64,000 nt of DNA from Octopus sinensis (Eukaryota). The notes under the pieces were generated by a model, which made no database searches, was not told where the DNA came from, and saw only the letters and a list, made by a program, of their open reading frames with translations. Location of the stretch: assembly GCF_006345805.1 (NCBI RefSeq), contig NC_043004.1, positions 91,326,001-91,390,000 on the forward strand. The letters run 5' to 3'. The stretch's first letter is position 1. The number at the start of each line of letters is the position of its first letter. A program made the translations under genes and the position numbers. Positions 12,644 to 25,227 of this stretch are shown here, piece after piece.

Positions 12644-14846
12644 CACTGTGCAACGCTCAAAAAAGTACAAGAGATCTGTGGCCATTTTTATATGCAAAAT
12701 GACATGGGAAATCCATTTCTGGCCTTCTTTTTGTTGAATTAGGCGTGGTTTCTACAGAATTGTCACTGTGTACCATTTTTGTCATTATTATTAAATAAAA
12801 TTTTCTACTGCATTGTAAAATAGGATTCAACCCAGGGCTAGAAAACAATCTTAGTAACACCTGCAGTGTGATCCAAAGCTTGTGTTTAATGTTATTTTTT
12901 ATTTGTTTTCAACAATGAGTACAAGACAGTGCAAAAATGATCCAAACAGATTCTGTTATATCTGTGGGGAACCGACTTTTGCTATAGAAATGCGCAGTAT
13001 TACACGCCATATATAGAAAATATACAAGACGTACTTCGATTGTTACTTAGGAGACCAGGATAAGTCATGGGCTCCTCAAGTGTGTTGCCTTACATGTGTG
13101 AAGACATTGAGTGTCTAGCATGCAGGAAAAAATGTTCACATGAAGTTTGGTGTGCCAATGATTTGGCGTGAGCAGAAAGATCACTCTAATGATTGCTATT
13201 TCTGTCACCATGACTTTACAGGCTGTACTACAGCAAAGGAAAAGAAACACATTGTTTACCCAAATTTGCAACCAGCAATGCGCCCAGTAGAGCACTCAGA
13301 AAAATTACCTGTGCCCAAACCTCCAGATCAAGAAATGCAGAGTTCCAGCAGTGCTGATGAACATTCCAGTGGTGAATGTGTGGAGCCCAATGATCCAGAA
13401 AGTGAGAATAAACCAATACCATTTTCTCAGGAGGCTCTAAATGACTTGTGCAGGGATCTCTATTTAACCAAAGAGAAAAGTGAGTTTCTGGCATCAAGGC
13501 TTCAAGAATGTAATCGTCTTGAGAAAGGAGTGAAGATAACACTACAGAAAACGTACTGAGGATCTGCTTGCATTATTCACCATGAAGGATGACTTATGCT
13601 TTGGTAATGACATCACAACTTTTTGAGCAACTGGAAATACCATTTGATAAAACCAACTGGCGACTTTTCATAGATGCATCCAAGGACAGCATCAAAGCTG
13701 TTCTGCTACACAATGGTAACACTCTGCCTTCTGTTCCCATAGCTTATAGCACAATCATGAAAGAATCATATGAAAATCTGAAAGCAATTCTAACATGCAT
13801 ACACTATGATAACCATACCTGGCATATTTGTGCAGATTTTAAGGTTGTGGCCATGCTTACTGGCCTTCAGCATGGCTATACTAAATTTTGCTGCTTCCTG
13901 TGCTTATGGAATTCCAGAGCAAGAGCTGAACATTATGTACGCAAGGATTGGCCGATCCAAGATAAAATTGAACAAGGAAAACACAACATCATGCACAAAC
14001 CACTTGTGGAAAGTGATAAAAATTTTTTGCAACCTTTGCATATTAAACTTGGTTTGTTTAAGCAATTTGTGAAAGCCTTGGACAAGGAATCCTCTGCATT
14101 TGCATATCTTGCAGAAAAATTCCCTTCCCTGAGTCAAGCTAAAATTAAAGAAGGTTTCTCCATAGGTCCCCAAATTTGAAAAATTGTACTTGATGAAACC
14201 TTCATCACACATTTCAAGAGAAAAGAGAAGCTTGCCTTTGAGTCATTCAAGAAAGTTTGCGATAACTTCCTGGGCAAACATCGTTCAGAAGACTATGTGT
14301 AAGTTGTGAATGATCTGCTGAGTCATTATCATGATATGGGATGTAACATGTCTCAAAAAATTCATGTGCTTCACTCTCATTTGGATTTTTTTGTGGAAAA
14401 TCTTGGTGATGTGAGTGATGAACATGGCGAAAGATTCCATCAGAATATTTCAGTGATGGAGCGACGATTCAAAGGAAAATGGAACCCTGGCGTGTTGGCA
14501 GACTACTGCTGGAGTATGAAAAAAGAAGATCACACTCGGCACAAGAGGCTTTGAAGGACAAAAGTTGTTTAAACTGACAAGTGTGTTTTTAATTCATAAC
14601 CAATATATGCTTTATTATATCAACTAAATTTTTGTTTTGTTTTTCTGAAATTTACAGTATTTGCAATGTTGTGTTCAATACGCAATATTATGCAGTATAT
14701 TATAAAACGTATGGTTCATGGTACAGGAAAACGGTGCCTAATCTGGAGAAATAAAGGTCAGAATCAGAATCAGGACAATTTTTTGACCCAGAAACAAGTC
14801 TTACTTAACTTGTACATTTTTTGAACCTGAAATTTGTTGCATAGTG
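12644..14846 (+). mobile_element. Full-length Chapaev-like (CMC superfamily) DNA transposon, 2203 bp
   Basis: Termini CACTGTGCAAC...GTTGCATAGTG, with further imperfect TIR (TCAAAAAA.GTACAAG). 4-bp TSD GGCC (12640-12643, 14847-14850), supported by an empty paralogous site at 12203-12307. Superfamily assignment is from motif recall. Confidence 0.8.
12915..14554 (+). pseudogene. Disrupted Chapaev-type DDE transposase
   Basis: N-terminal Cys/His-rich region (CKNDPNRFCYICG, WAPQVCCLTC, WREQKDHSNDCYFC) and catalytic-domain motifs LFIDASK, ICADFKV, PLHIKLG, SDEHGERFHQ, LADYCW. At least 4 in-frame stops and a frameshift near 13550-13610. Confidence 0.85.
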
Positions 14847-15021
14847 GGCCCCTGGGGGAAGAAAACTCTCTTTCTTGGGGTGTGTATGACTGCCCTCATG
14901 GTCCATGCATTGCTTCTGTTCAAACTAGAAAAACAGCTACTGAAATGATATAAGTAGGTTGTATTAAATGGATGAACCGATGTCAACTTGAAACTGCATT
15001 GTCTGAGTTGTAGCAATAATA

Positions 15022-15403
15022 TGGAAGCACTCCGTCGGTTACGACGACGAGGGTTCCGGTTGATCCGATCAACGGAACAGCCTGCTCGTGAAATTAACGT
15101 GTAAGTGGCTGAGCACTCCACAGACACGTGTACCCTGAATGTAGTTCTCGGGGATATTCAGCATGACACAGAGAGTGACAAGGCCAGCCCTTTGAAATAC
15201 AGGTACAACAGAAACAGGAAGTAAGAGTGAGAGAAAGTTGTGGTGAAAGAATACAGCAGGGATCATCACCATCCCTGCCGGAGCCTCATGGAGCTTTAGG
15301 TGTTTTCGCTCAATAAACACTCACAACGCCCGGTCTGGGAATCGAAACCGCGATCCTACGACCGCGAGTCCGCTGCCCTAACCACTGGGCCATTGCGCCT
15401 CCA
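15022..15403 (-). mobile_element. tRNA-derived SINE (possibly tRNA-Arg-related, OR-type), well preserved, 13-bp TSD
   Basis: Minus-strand head GGAGGCGCAATGGCCCAGTGGTTAGGGCAGCGGACTCGCGG...GGTTTCGATTCCC (A and B boxes). TSD TGTAGCAATAATA at 15009-15021 and 15404-15416. Confidence 0.85.
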
Positions 15404-15667
15404 TGTAGCAATAATAGCCTGTCTCTGTAGTACCACAGGTAGCAATTTGTTCGAATAAAAACTGTTTGGAAAGCACCATATTTATTATGAAAAATATGCT
15501 AAAATATATTAAATCCTGTGCAACTATTCAACTATTTTCTTTTAACTTTAGTATTAAAGGCTTCCTTCTAAGCATAGACGAAGCCCATACAAGTATTCTT
15601 CAGCTATTGAATAAAAACTGAAATATCTCATGTACATTAGCCTACTAATTTTTGATTTCTAAGACAT

Positions 15668-16001
15668 AACCACATTAGTTAGAGACTATGCCCTTAATGT
15701 GGCCTTGCGTGCCTGGATGCTGCATACAGAGTTGTTTTCATTTGGGAATTGAGTTGTCCTCATAATGTTTACACAAAGGAGTGCACGGTTGAGCCATGAC
15801 TATTGATTCCCAACCATGTCAACAACCCAATGTCATGTTACCCAACCACGTTTGTTAGAGACCATGTCCTTAATGTGACTTTGTGCGCTCCGATGCTGCA
15901 TGCAGAAGTGTTTTTGTTTCAAAGCTGAGTTGTCCTCACAATGGTTGCATGCTGTTTACACAAAGGAGTGCACGGTTGATCCATGACTATTGATTCCAAA
16001 C
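15668..16001. repeat. Diverged tandem duplication, about 176-bp unit
   Basis: AACCAC..GTTAGAGAC.ATG.CCTTAATGTG...ACACAAAGGAGTGCACGGTTGA.CCATGACTATTGATTCC occurs twice, starting at 15668 and 15844. Confidence 0.8.
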
Positions 16002-16132
16002 TGAAATATCGCATGACAGTGTTGTTTCCAAGTGCTTCCTTGCCAATCCCCCACCTTCCACATAATTACTTTCATATACATTTCTCTCATGTGGTGCTGT
16101 TGAGCATGCCCACAGGCTTAATTTATCACATA

Positions 16133-16489
16133 GGATTGTGGCCGTTGCCAGCCTCGTCTGGCCCCGTGCCAGTGGCACATAAAAAGCACCATCCGATCGT
16201 GGCCGTTTGCCAGCCTCGTCTGGCTCCCGTGCCAGTGGCACATAAAAAGCACCATCTGATCGTGGCCGTTTGCCAGCCTCGTCTGGCACCTGTGCAGGTG
16301 GCACGTAAGAAGCACCCACTACACTCATGGAGTTGTTGGCGTTAGGAAGGGCATCCAGCTGTAGAAACACTGCCAGATCAGACTGGGCCTGGTGCAGCCT
16401 TCTGGCTTTCCAGACCCCAGTTGAACCGTCCAACCCATGCTAGCATGGAAATCGGACATTAAATGATGATGATGATGATGATGATGATG
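16133..16489 (+). mobile_element. RTE-tailed non-autonomous element (family of 4223)
   Basis: Same 62-bp internal units and (GAT)n tail. Confidence 0.8.
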
Positions 16490-16714
16490 TAGTTCCTATG
16501 TCTGCTAATTGTTCAGTGTGGTAGTGGCAGTGCCGACAGCTACAAAGGAGAGCCTTTTGGTGTGTTCAGAAATCACATATCCTCCACCCACTTTTCCATA
16601 AAAAGGTTAGGGCCTGGAATCTTCCAAACAGATGCAGGATATGTCACTTAGTCGAATTAGCCCTTCATTTACTCCACAAATGTTTTGTTGTCAATGCTGC
16701 ACTTCACCATATCA

Positions 16715-17031
16715 CATCATCATCATCATCATCATCGTTTAGCGTCCGATTTCCATGCTAGCATGGGTTGGACGGTTCAACTGGGGTCTGGGAAGCCAGA
16801 AAGCTGCACCAGGCCCAGTCTGATCTGGCAATGTTTCTACGGCTGGATGCCCTTCCTAACGCCAACCACTCCATGAGTGTAGTGGGTGCTTTTTACGTGC
16901 CACCAGCACAGGTGCCAGACAAGGCTGGCAAACGGCCACGATCGGATGGTGCTTTTTACGTGCCACTGGCACGGGGGCCAGGTGAGGCTGGCAACGGCCA
17001 CAATAGGATGGTGCTTTTTATGTGCCACTGT
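16715..17031 (-). mobile_element. RTE-tailed non-autonomous element, inverted relative to the 16133 copy
   Basis: Reverse complement of the 16133 copy, with (CAT)n at its left end. Confidence 0.8.
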
Positions 17032-17284
17032 AGCTTAACTGTGCCATATATAAAAACTATGCCATTTAAATCCTGAGCAACGCCGGGTATGTCTGCTAGT
17101 TATGAATAAGGCAGTAGGTATATCTAACTAGCTGAATCTCAGTATGCAGCTGATATTTTATCTGATAGACCCTGGAGGGGCCAACCTCAATGGGATTTGA
17201 ACTTAGAATGTAAAGTACACAACAACTAAAATATTGTGGTTGTTTCAGTCCAGCACTCCAGCACTGACATTATTGCTGATGTCG

Positions 17285-17575
17285 TTGTTGTTGATGATGA
17301 TGATGATGGTAGTGGTGGTGGCAGTGATGATAGTAGTAGTGATGATGGTGATCATGATTATGATGATGGTAACGATGATGGTGTTGATGGTGTGGTGATG
17401 GTGATGATAATGATGGTAGTGGTGGTGGTGGTGGTGGTGGTGGTGGTGGTGGTGGTGGTGGTGGTGACGGTGGTGATGATTTTGATGATGGTGATAGTGG
17501 TAGTGATGTTGGTGGTAGTGGTGGTAATGACAATGATGATGATGATGATGGTTGTGGTGGAGGTGATGGTTGGTT
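17285..17575. repeat. (GAT/GGT)n low-complexity tract
   Basis: Directly visible; source of the poly-H, poly-V and poly-P ORFs. Confidence 0.9.
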
Positions 17576-18029
17576 GTGGCAGCAGCAGTGGAGGTGGCCA
17601 AAACAAATCATTGGCGTTTATGACAAGAATGAAAGATAGGATGAAATCAAAAGCCAAGTGAGAGAGCCTTAGCAATGCGGATTATTGTAGTTTGTTTGAT
17701 GGCCAAACATGGAAGATTATCTCGAGGTGCTTCTTTAGTGCACAAAAGAAAAGAAAAATACCCCTTCCTTCAAAAGAAAGAAAAAAAAAGCAAGACCTGA
17801 GGATTTGCTGATTTATTTATTTAAGTCATCTAAATTTTTTTGATGGAGGGAAAAGAGTGAGTGGGAAAAAGAAAAAAAAAAAGGAAATATCTTCACTGTA
17901 TTAATCCAGAAGATGGTAAAGCAAATGAATTTGTATGAGTCATAAAAGCTGCTCTGATTGTATTCTGATTGGTGAAAACTGACAAAGAATTTGTTGGATC
18001 TATCTCTTCTTATCTTCAAGTATAATTTT

Positions 18030-18468
18030 CATTGTGTGAGTTTGTGTGTGTGTGCATGTGTGTGTGTGTGTGTGTGTGTGTGTTATGTGTGTGTGTGTTA
18101 TGTGTGTGTGTTATGTGTGTGTGTGTGTGTGTATGTGTGTGGTGTGTGTGTGTTATGTGTGTGTGTGTGTGTTATGTGTATGTGTGTGTGTGTGTGTTAT
18201 GTGTGTGTTATGTGTGCATGTGTATGTGTGTGTGTGTGTGTGTTATGTGTGTGTGTGTGTGTGTTATGTGTGTGTGTTATGTGTGTGTATTATGTGTGTG
18301 TGTGGTTATGTGTGTGTGTGTGTGTTGTGTTATGTGTGTGTATTATGTGTGTGTGTGTTGTGTGTGTGTGTGTGTTATGTGTGTGTGTGTGTGTGTTATG
18401 TGTGTGTGTTATGTGTGTGTATTATGTGTGTGTGTGTGTTATATGTGTGTGTGTTATGTGTGTGTGTA
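18030..18468. repeat. Long (GT)n with periodic TTA interruptions
   Basis: Directly visible. Confidence 0.95.
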
Positions 18469-19776
18469 GTTAACTTCTAATCCTCACTTTGGCCTCCTAT
18501 TGGTCTGTTGGCCATTATATTCTCCCCAATCTCCTTTTAACATCAATACTCGGCTTCCTTGTTGCTGTTTTTCTTTTTAATTTCGCTTTTATTTACAAGC
18601 TGGCAGAATAGTTAGTGCAACAGTCAAAATATTTCAAACTCTTTATGCTCTGAGTTCAAATCCCATTGAGGTCAACTATGCCTTTTGTCCTTTCGGGGTT
18701 GGTAAAATAAAGTACCAGTGATGTAGTGAGGGCAATGTAATTAACTAACCCTCTTCCCCTAAAATTTCTGGTCTTTTGCAAAAATTTGAAATCATTAGTA
18801 TGCCAGACAAAACGCAGCAAAGCATTTTATCTGTCTCTATGTTCTGAGTCCAGATGCCATTGGGGTTGTCTAGTTTTTTCATCCTTTTTGAGTCAATAAA
18901 ATAAATACCAGTTGAGTATTGGGGCTGATGCAATTGACTTACCATCTCCACCAAACTTGTGGCAAAATTTGAAACTATAATAATAATAATAATTATGTTT
19001 ATATATTTGTTTTGCAAGATTTTTAATGTGAAATCATGTGTTGAAACAGATATTATTGTATTCAGGAATGGTGATTTTGCCAGTTTAGCCAATAAAAACA
19101 CACGCACTATATATTTGGTGTTACTTTGCTTCAGTGCTATTTACTTTTTACATTAATCTTAATCTTATTTCGGCCAGAGTTCTTTCGTCACACTCCTGTG
19201 ACCGCATCAGTAGTCCTTTGCTTTCTTCTTTCTTATTTGTGTGTCTCTCCTTACCAACGGTCAGCCATTTTGTATTTTGTATTTCTATTGTATGTGTCTT
19301 CATTTGCGTATGCGTATACCTCTATGCGCGTCTATGTTTAGTTAGTGTGTGTGTGTGTGGGGGAAATGCCCGTAATATTTGTATCTCCTGTTTATATATG
19401 TTCGTGTTAATTATTATTGTTGCTGCTGTTGTTGCTGCTGCTGCTGCTGCTGTTGCTGTTGTTGTTGTTAAGGCAACAAGCTTTCAGAATCTTTAGCATG
19501 CCAGGCAATGTTTAGCGGCATCTGAGTTCAAATTCCACTAAGGTTGACTTTGCCTTTCATCCTTTCAGGGTCAGTGAAATAAGTATCAGTTACTCACTGG
19601 GGTCAATGTAATTGACTAATCCCCTCCCCCACAATTTCAGGCCTTGTTCCTATTGTAGAGGGGATTATAATACTATTATCATTTGTTTCATTTGTTTCCA
19701 TTGGGTATTTGAATATTCTTGCTTCAAATTCTTAGCAATGATATCTGTTAATACCCCAGCTACTCAACCATCTTAA

Positions 19777-20174
19777 CCCTTTTGTTACCAATCTATCCAG
19801 GGTCAGACCTGCTTCTATGATACAAATTTCCAATTTTAAGTAGATCTAAATCAAAATCTTGCATCAACATTTCAGATTAATAAAGGCAAAAATATTTTGA
19901 TAAGTTCTTCATTGTTTTCAAAATTGATTGAACAAAAGTAGTGGTTTCTCACTTCTGGAATAGTTGGTGATACAAGGTAGGTGACCAATAGTACAATCCC
20001 TGAAGTGGTTGCTGAAATGTCTTGTGGTATTTAGTTATGTTGATTTACCATATGAGATTGAATCCTACCAAAGCATGCTGTGACTTTCAACTGTCCAGGG
20101 TTGATTAAAATAAATTACTAGTTAAATTTACAGTAGTTGACTGATCCCTCCATCTAAAATTGGCAACAGAAGGG
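19777..20174. mobile_element. Probable piggyBac-type MITE containing a SINE fragment
   Basis: TTAA-CCCTTTTGTTACC at the left and GGCAACAGAAGGG-TTAA at the right. Confidence 0.5.
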
Positions 20175-21329
20175 TTAACCAGTGCCTTCTTCTAACAGAA
20201 GTTAAAGTCCCATAGGGTACAGCCAGCATATGGAACAGAGAACATTGCAAGTGAGAGGTGTCAATACTCTTATGATAGAGCATAAAATCCTACAGTTAAA
20301 AAGAAATGATTAATTCTATCAGTCAGCCGTAACTATTCAGAGATCTGTCTCACTAACATCAATAGAAAGATTGATTAGAAACCAATAATAATGATGCATG
20401 TATGCAAGGCTTGAAAACTTCTACTAGAGAATTCATATCAGTGCCAGAAGGTCGATTGATTTTTCTTGTTGATTTCTAAGAATAAAGCTCTCCGTTTCTA
20501 TGAACTTTATAATCCAATATTGCTTCTTCACTTTGTTCAGTCTCATGGTTTTTGCACAAAAACCTTCTTCATTATTCCAGAATAAACCTTTAATGAGTCT
20601 TTGAATAACAGGAACTGGATATTTTCAACAAATCCCAAAAGCTATTTAGGTAGTCTCCTGGAAATATCTTTTATTCTTATTATGGATCCAAATAACTATC
20701 TGACCCAAATAAATATTAAAGCAACTTATTGATTGAGCTTTCCAAATTGATTTCTATAACTAGCATCCCCACCACTTAATATACTTCACTGACAAAATTT
20801 GGATACCGCATTTTACATTGTCTTTGTTTAAACCATTCCCACAAAATCTTACCAAATAATTCTTAAGATAGAGTATAATGGAGGTTTTTCAATAACGACA
20901 ATTGCTAATTACTAATGAGATGTGGATATTTTGTTCTTTCATAGAACATTACATGCTACAATCTCTTGAGCACTGATAAGCCAAATGGAGAGGCCACTAC
21001 ATGGTTGATTGCCTAAATGCAAATTAGGCAATCATAGTCATACAGTTATAAATTCGACTTAAAATGCATATACATATATTAATACATATCAACACATATG
21101 AATATTTAAAATATATTTATAAAATATAAATATATATATAAATATACATAAAAATACATGTAAATAAAACCAATGTGGTATACATATGGAAGGAAGTGTG
21201 AGAAAAAGAGAACTAATAGAATTTGTTTTTACTAAAATTAAGAGCTGTTAAGAGTTTCAATTAAAAGAGTTCGATGTATTTAAAAAAATATATAAATAGT
21301 ATATAATGTATATAATACAGTTTGAGGAG

Positions 21330-22278
21330 GTCCACCTTCTATGGCTGTTTCCAGAGTTCATGTCCTGGTAGAAAAATTAATAATACCATTCAGAATATGG
21401 CCAATTCTTGATGGAGGGTATTCTCTTGGTTGCACGTCACTGAACGGCTTCCAGACGATTAATATCCTGGGCAAGATAGGGGTTCCAGACCGGTGATGCA
21501 AATTCCAGGTGAGGTCGCACCATAGCTATATAAAGCCGCAGATAGATTGCCGGAGAGCTGCTCACAAAGGACTTGGTGAGTGATGCCAAGACACCCTCAG
21601 CCTTCTTGGCAATTTTAGCAATGTGTTTTGTCCAATGCAAATCTTTGTCAACAATAATGCCCAGGTCACGTTCACAAGAAGACTTTTTGAGATTAGTGTT
21701 GTGGAGGGAGTAAGTAGATGCTGGGTTTTTCCTCCCAAAATGCATGGTGGTACATTTGTCCACAGCCAGCTTGAGTTGCCAGTCCAAGATCCACTGCTGC
21801 ATTGTGTCCAGGTCTGATTGCAATAGAGATCTATAGTGTATAGGATCTGACCTCTTTATTTCGAGGTACAGCTTGATGTCATCTGTATATTTCAGCATTG
21901 TGGCATTCTTTAAGTTGGCATCTATGTCATTAACATATGCAACAAATAGAAGGGGGCCAAGAACAGATCCCTGTGGTACACCAGATGTCATCTCAAAGGG
22001 TGAAGAGTGCTGTGCTAGAACTGTGACAACCTCTTTTCGGCCAATAACGAAGAACTTCAACCAGTTATAGAGATCATCTCTTATGCCCAATGCAGAGAGT
22101 TTCACCATAAGTCTTTTGTGTGGCACAGAATTAAAAGCCTTAGCAAAATCCAGGTAAACAACATCCACCCAAGAGCTGCCATTAGTGATCCAGGTAATGT
22201 CCTCAAGAAACTCAATGAATTGATTACAGCAGCTGGAGTTGGGAAGAAATCCAAATTGTGACAGCTGGATGAGACCTC
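21330..22278 (-). pseudogene. CR1-clade LINE reverse transcriptase fragment
   Basis: VDVVYLDFAKAF..VPH, TSGVPQGSVLGPLLF, YTDDIKLY, ERDLGIIVD, VRPHLEFASPVWNP. Degenerate YADD motif and a premature stop. Confidence 0.9.
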
Positions 22279-22636
22279 ATATATATATATATATATATAT
22301 ATATGAGGTCTCATCCAGCTGTCACAATTTGGATTTCTTCCCAACTCCAGCTGCTGTAATCAATTCATTGAGTTTCTTGAGGACATTACCTGGATCACTA
22401 ATGGCAGCTCTTGGGTGGATGTTGTTTACCTGGATTTTGCTAAGGCTTTTAATTCTGTGCCACACAAAAGACTTATGGTGAAACTCTCTGCATTGGGCAT
22501 AAGAGATGATCTCTATAACTGGTTGAAGTTCTTCGTTATTGGCCGAAAAGAGGTTGTCACAGTTCTAGCACAGCACTCTTCACCCTTTGAGATGACATCT
22601 GGTGTACCACAGGGATCTGTTCTTGGCCCCCTTCTA
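21947..22636. repeat. Perfect 690-bp palindrome centred on (AT)13
   Basis: The arms were exact reverse complements in every segment I compared. Mirror ORFs 22102-22344/22239-22481 translate identically, and the RT ORF start is mirrored at 22168/22415. Confidence 0.95.
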
Positions 22637-22777
22637 AGAAAGTTTTTCTAAAGCCAATATACTGAAATCCACGTTTAATCTACTTGCTACAGAAAGTTGA
22701 ACTGAAGTTCAGTTCAACTTTCTGTAGCAAGTAGATTAAACGTGGATTTCAGTAATTGGCTTTAGAAAAACTTTCTT
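22636..22777. repeat. Second palindrome, about 70-bp arms, 1-nt loop (22707), one indel
   Basis: AAGAAAGTTTTTCTAAAGCCAAT...GTTGAACTGAA G TTCAGTTCAAC...ATTGGCTTTAGAAAAACTTTCTT. Confidence 0.95.
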
Positions 22778-22911
22778 TAGCCCTTGCTTATAAGATATTT
22801 ATATTTTTAACCGTAAAGGTTCTTTTAATATGCTGCCACAATTCCTGATGGAGTTTTTTTTCTGTAGAGAAAAAGGCTACATCCCTTTTAATAGTATATA
22901 TATATTATATA

Positions 22912-22942
<31 letters not shown>

Positions 22943-22943
<1 letters not shown>

Positions 22944-23499
22944 GAGGTATGATCAGGACTGTTTCTATGGTAATGAAGCTAAAGTACACATAGTGAAGTT
23001 GCTTGGTACAGATTTACATTGAACTCCTGCCATGCATGCACACGGAGTTATAATGTTCTCATTCACTTCCCTTGTTTATAGAAGTGTTAGGAATTAAAGT
23101 GTATAGAGTGTGATCATCTTAAAAAAATTGATTGGTTATAGCTGCATAGGATCTCCTTGATTGTATTGAAGGAGATGAAAACGTTTTGAAAACAGTTGTA
23201 ACAGGTGATGAATCGTGGGTCTATGGCTATGACCCCTAAAACCAGGACACAATCTTCACAGTGGAAGAATCCAACAAGATTTCATGATGATAAGAAAATT
23301 CAAGAGAATGCAATGAGGCAGCTGCTCACTATCCACGAAAATGAGAAGTTCCAGGAATGCTTCCATCAATTAAAACGACACTGGATAAAGTGTGTGGCTT
23401 CAGAAGGAATCTATTTCAAAGGAGATTAAATCCAAAATTGATATGTATTGTAGTTTTCTTTTTATAGCACCAGTCCCAATAGTTTTTGATCAGACCTCG
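22943..23499 (+). mobile_element. Internally deleted mariner (Tc1/mariner) element
   Basis: Termini TA-TGAGGTATGATCA / TGATCAGACCTCG-TA. Residual motifs VVTGDESWVYGYDP, QSSQWK and a C-terminal RHWIKCVASEGIYFKGD. Confidence 0.8.
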
Positions 23500-25227
23500 T
23501 ATATACTGTCTATCTATATCTATATGCATATACATACACATACATACATACATACATACATACATACATACATACATACATACAGACATGTATACATACA
23601 TACATACATACATACATACATACATACATACATGTGTGTGTGAGTGTGTGTATTTAATAAACCTTAACACTGTTGCATATTTTATACTTTATGTAGAGGC
23701 TCACCTATACATACAGTTCAAATTCTACTCACAAAGGTATTAGTGTATATACACTTCACGTACATGCACATACAAGATTATACATATTACAGGCTTTTAA
23801 TGGTCTAAGCTGTTATTGATCGGAAATAAAGGGAGAAAATAAGAGAAATCAAAGCTAAAAACTGAACTTCAGGCTAGCGATACAAATTGAAAGGAAACAC
23901 CATATTGAATTTGACCAAGTTACTATAAACCTATGTGTTAAAATGGAAAAATGAGCTCAAATGAGATAATAGATCGATATTAAAGAAATTCAGTATACAG
24001 AGCTCTGATTAGTGAAATATTCTGTCATACTGCAGAATGGTGCAAGACTGTTTTATATACCATAGCCTCTCTATACAGTATTCTACACAACATACTTCTA
24101 TCATAATTCTCAGTGTTCAGCTTCTTGAGCTCATAAGTTTTGTTTTGAATTTTTTTTCTTGTATTCTTGTTTTAGTATACTTAAGTTGTTGGTTTTGGTT
24201 TCTCTGATTGCTAGTGTCTCAGACTGTTTGTCTGCCTACTTGCCTACAGATCTGTCTGTCTGCTTAGTTGTATCAGACAGTCTGTTTGTCCATCTGTATG
24301 TGGTACATATGTGTATATGTGTACTGATGTATGTATGTTTGTAGGCATGCATGTATGTGTACACACATACACATACCTGTCTCTGTGCACATAATAATAA
24401 TACTAATAACAATGATAATCATCACAATAATAATAATGGTTTCAGAGTTTGACACAAGACTGGCATTTCAGAGGAGGGATTAAGTTGAGTACATCAACCC
24501 CAGAGTTCAACTGGTAACTATGTTATCGCCCCTGAAAAGTAAAGTTCTGAAAGGTAAAGTTGATCTCAGTAGAATTTGAACTCGGAAGGAATTACAACTG
24601 TATTTCGTGGTCTGCTACCACAACAGCTCCTTTATAGGATCCAGTTAGTTCAAGACATCATCAGGAGGAACCACGTCCGGTTCTGGCCCCTACTCCTCTA
24701 CCGTTTTGACATGGTGGCCCCCCCTCCTTTTGGAGGTGTCTTCAGCTCTGGTGTTGGGTGCATGTCTTCTTTCTTCTGTTCCCTGGCCTCTTCGATGTAT
24801 CATCAGCGAGTGTCAGCTGGTGACTGACTGTCTTGTCAAATTTCCCCTTTAAATACCTGTCACTAGGCTCCAGCAGGCAGCCCCAGCAAGTTGTCACATG
24901 ACACTGTCTCACCTTAACTGACTAGTGAAGGAGCGTAGTTTTAGCCCGCGCTTTTTCTAAACGACCATCACCTGAAGACAGGTGAAATGTCACCAAATAT
25001 TTTGCCCAGTGTGCTACTGGTTCTGCCAGCTTGCCACATTTTGGTTTGTATTATAGGTACAAGATCTGGAATTTTTGGAGAGAATATTTGCTACCTATAT
25101 CATTTATCCTGAAAGGATGAAAAGCAAAGTCAACATTGGTGGCTTTTGAACTCAGAATGTAAAGATGGAAAAAATGGCACTAAGCATTTTGTCTAATGTG
25201 ACAATAATTCTGCCAGCACACTACATA

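Noticed and set aside
22415-22651. Plus-strand RT ORF as an independent LINE copy
   Set aside because: It is the exact mirror arm of the palindrome, not a separate insertion.
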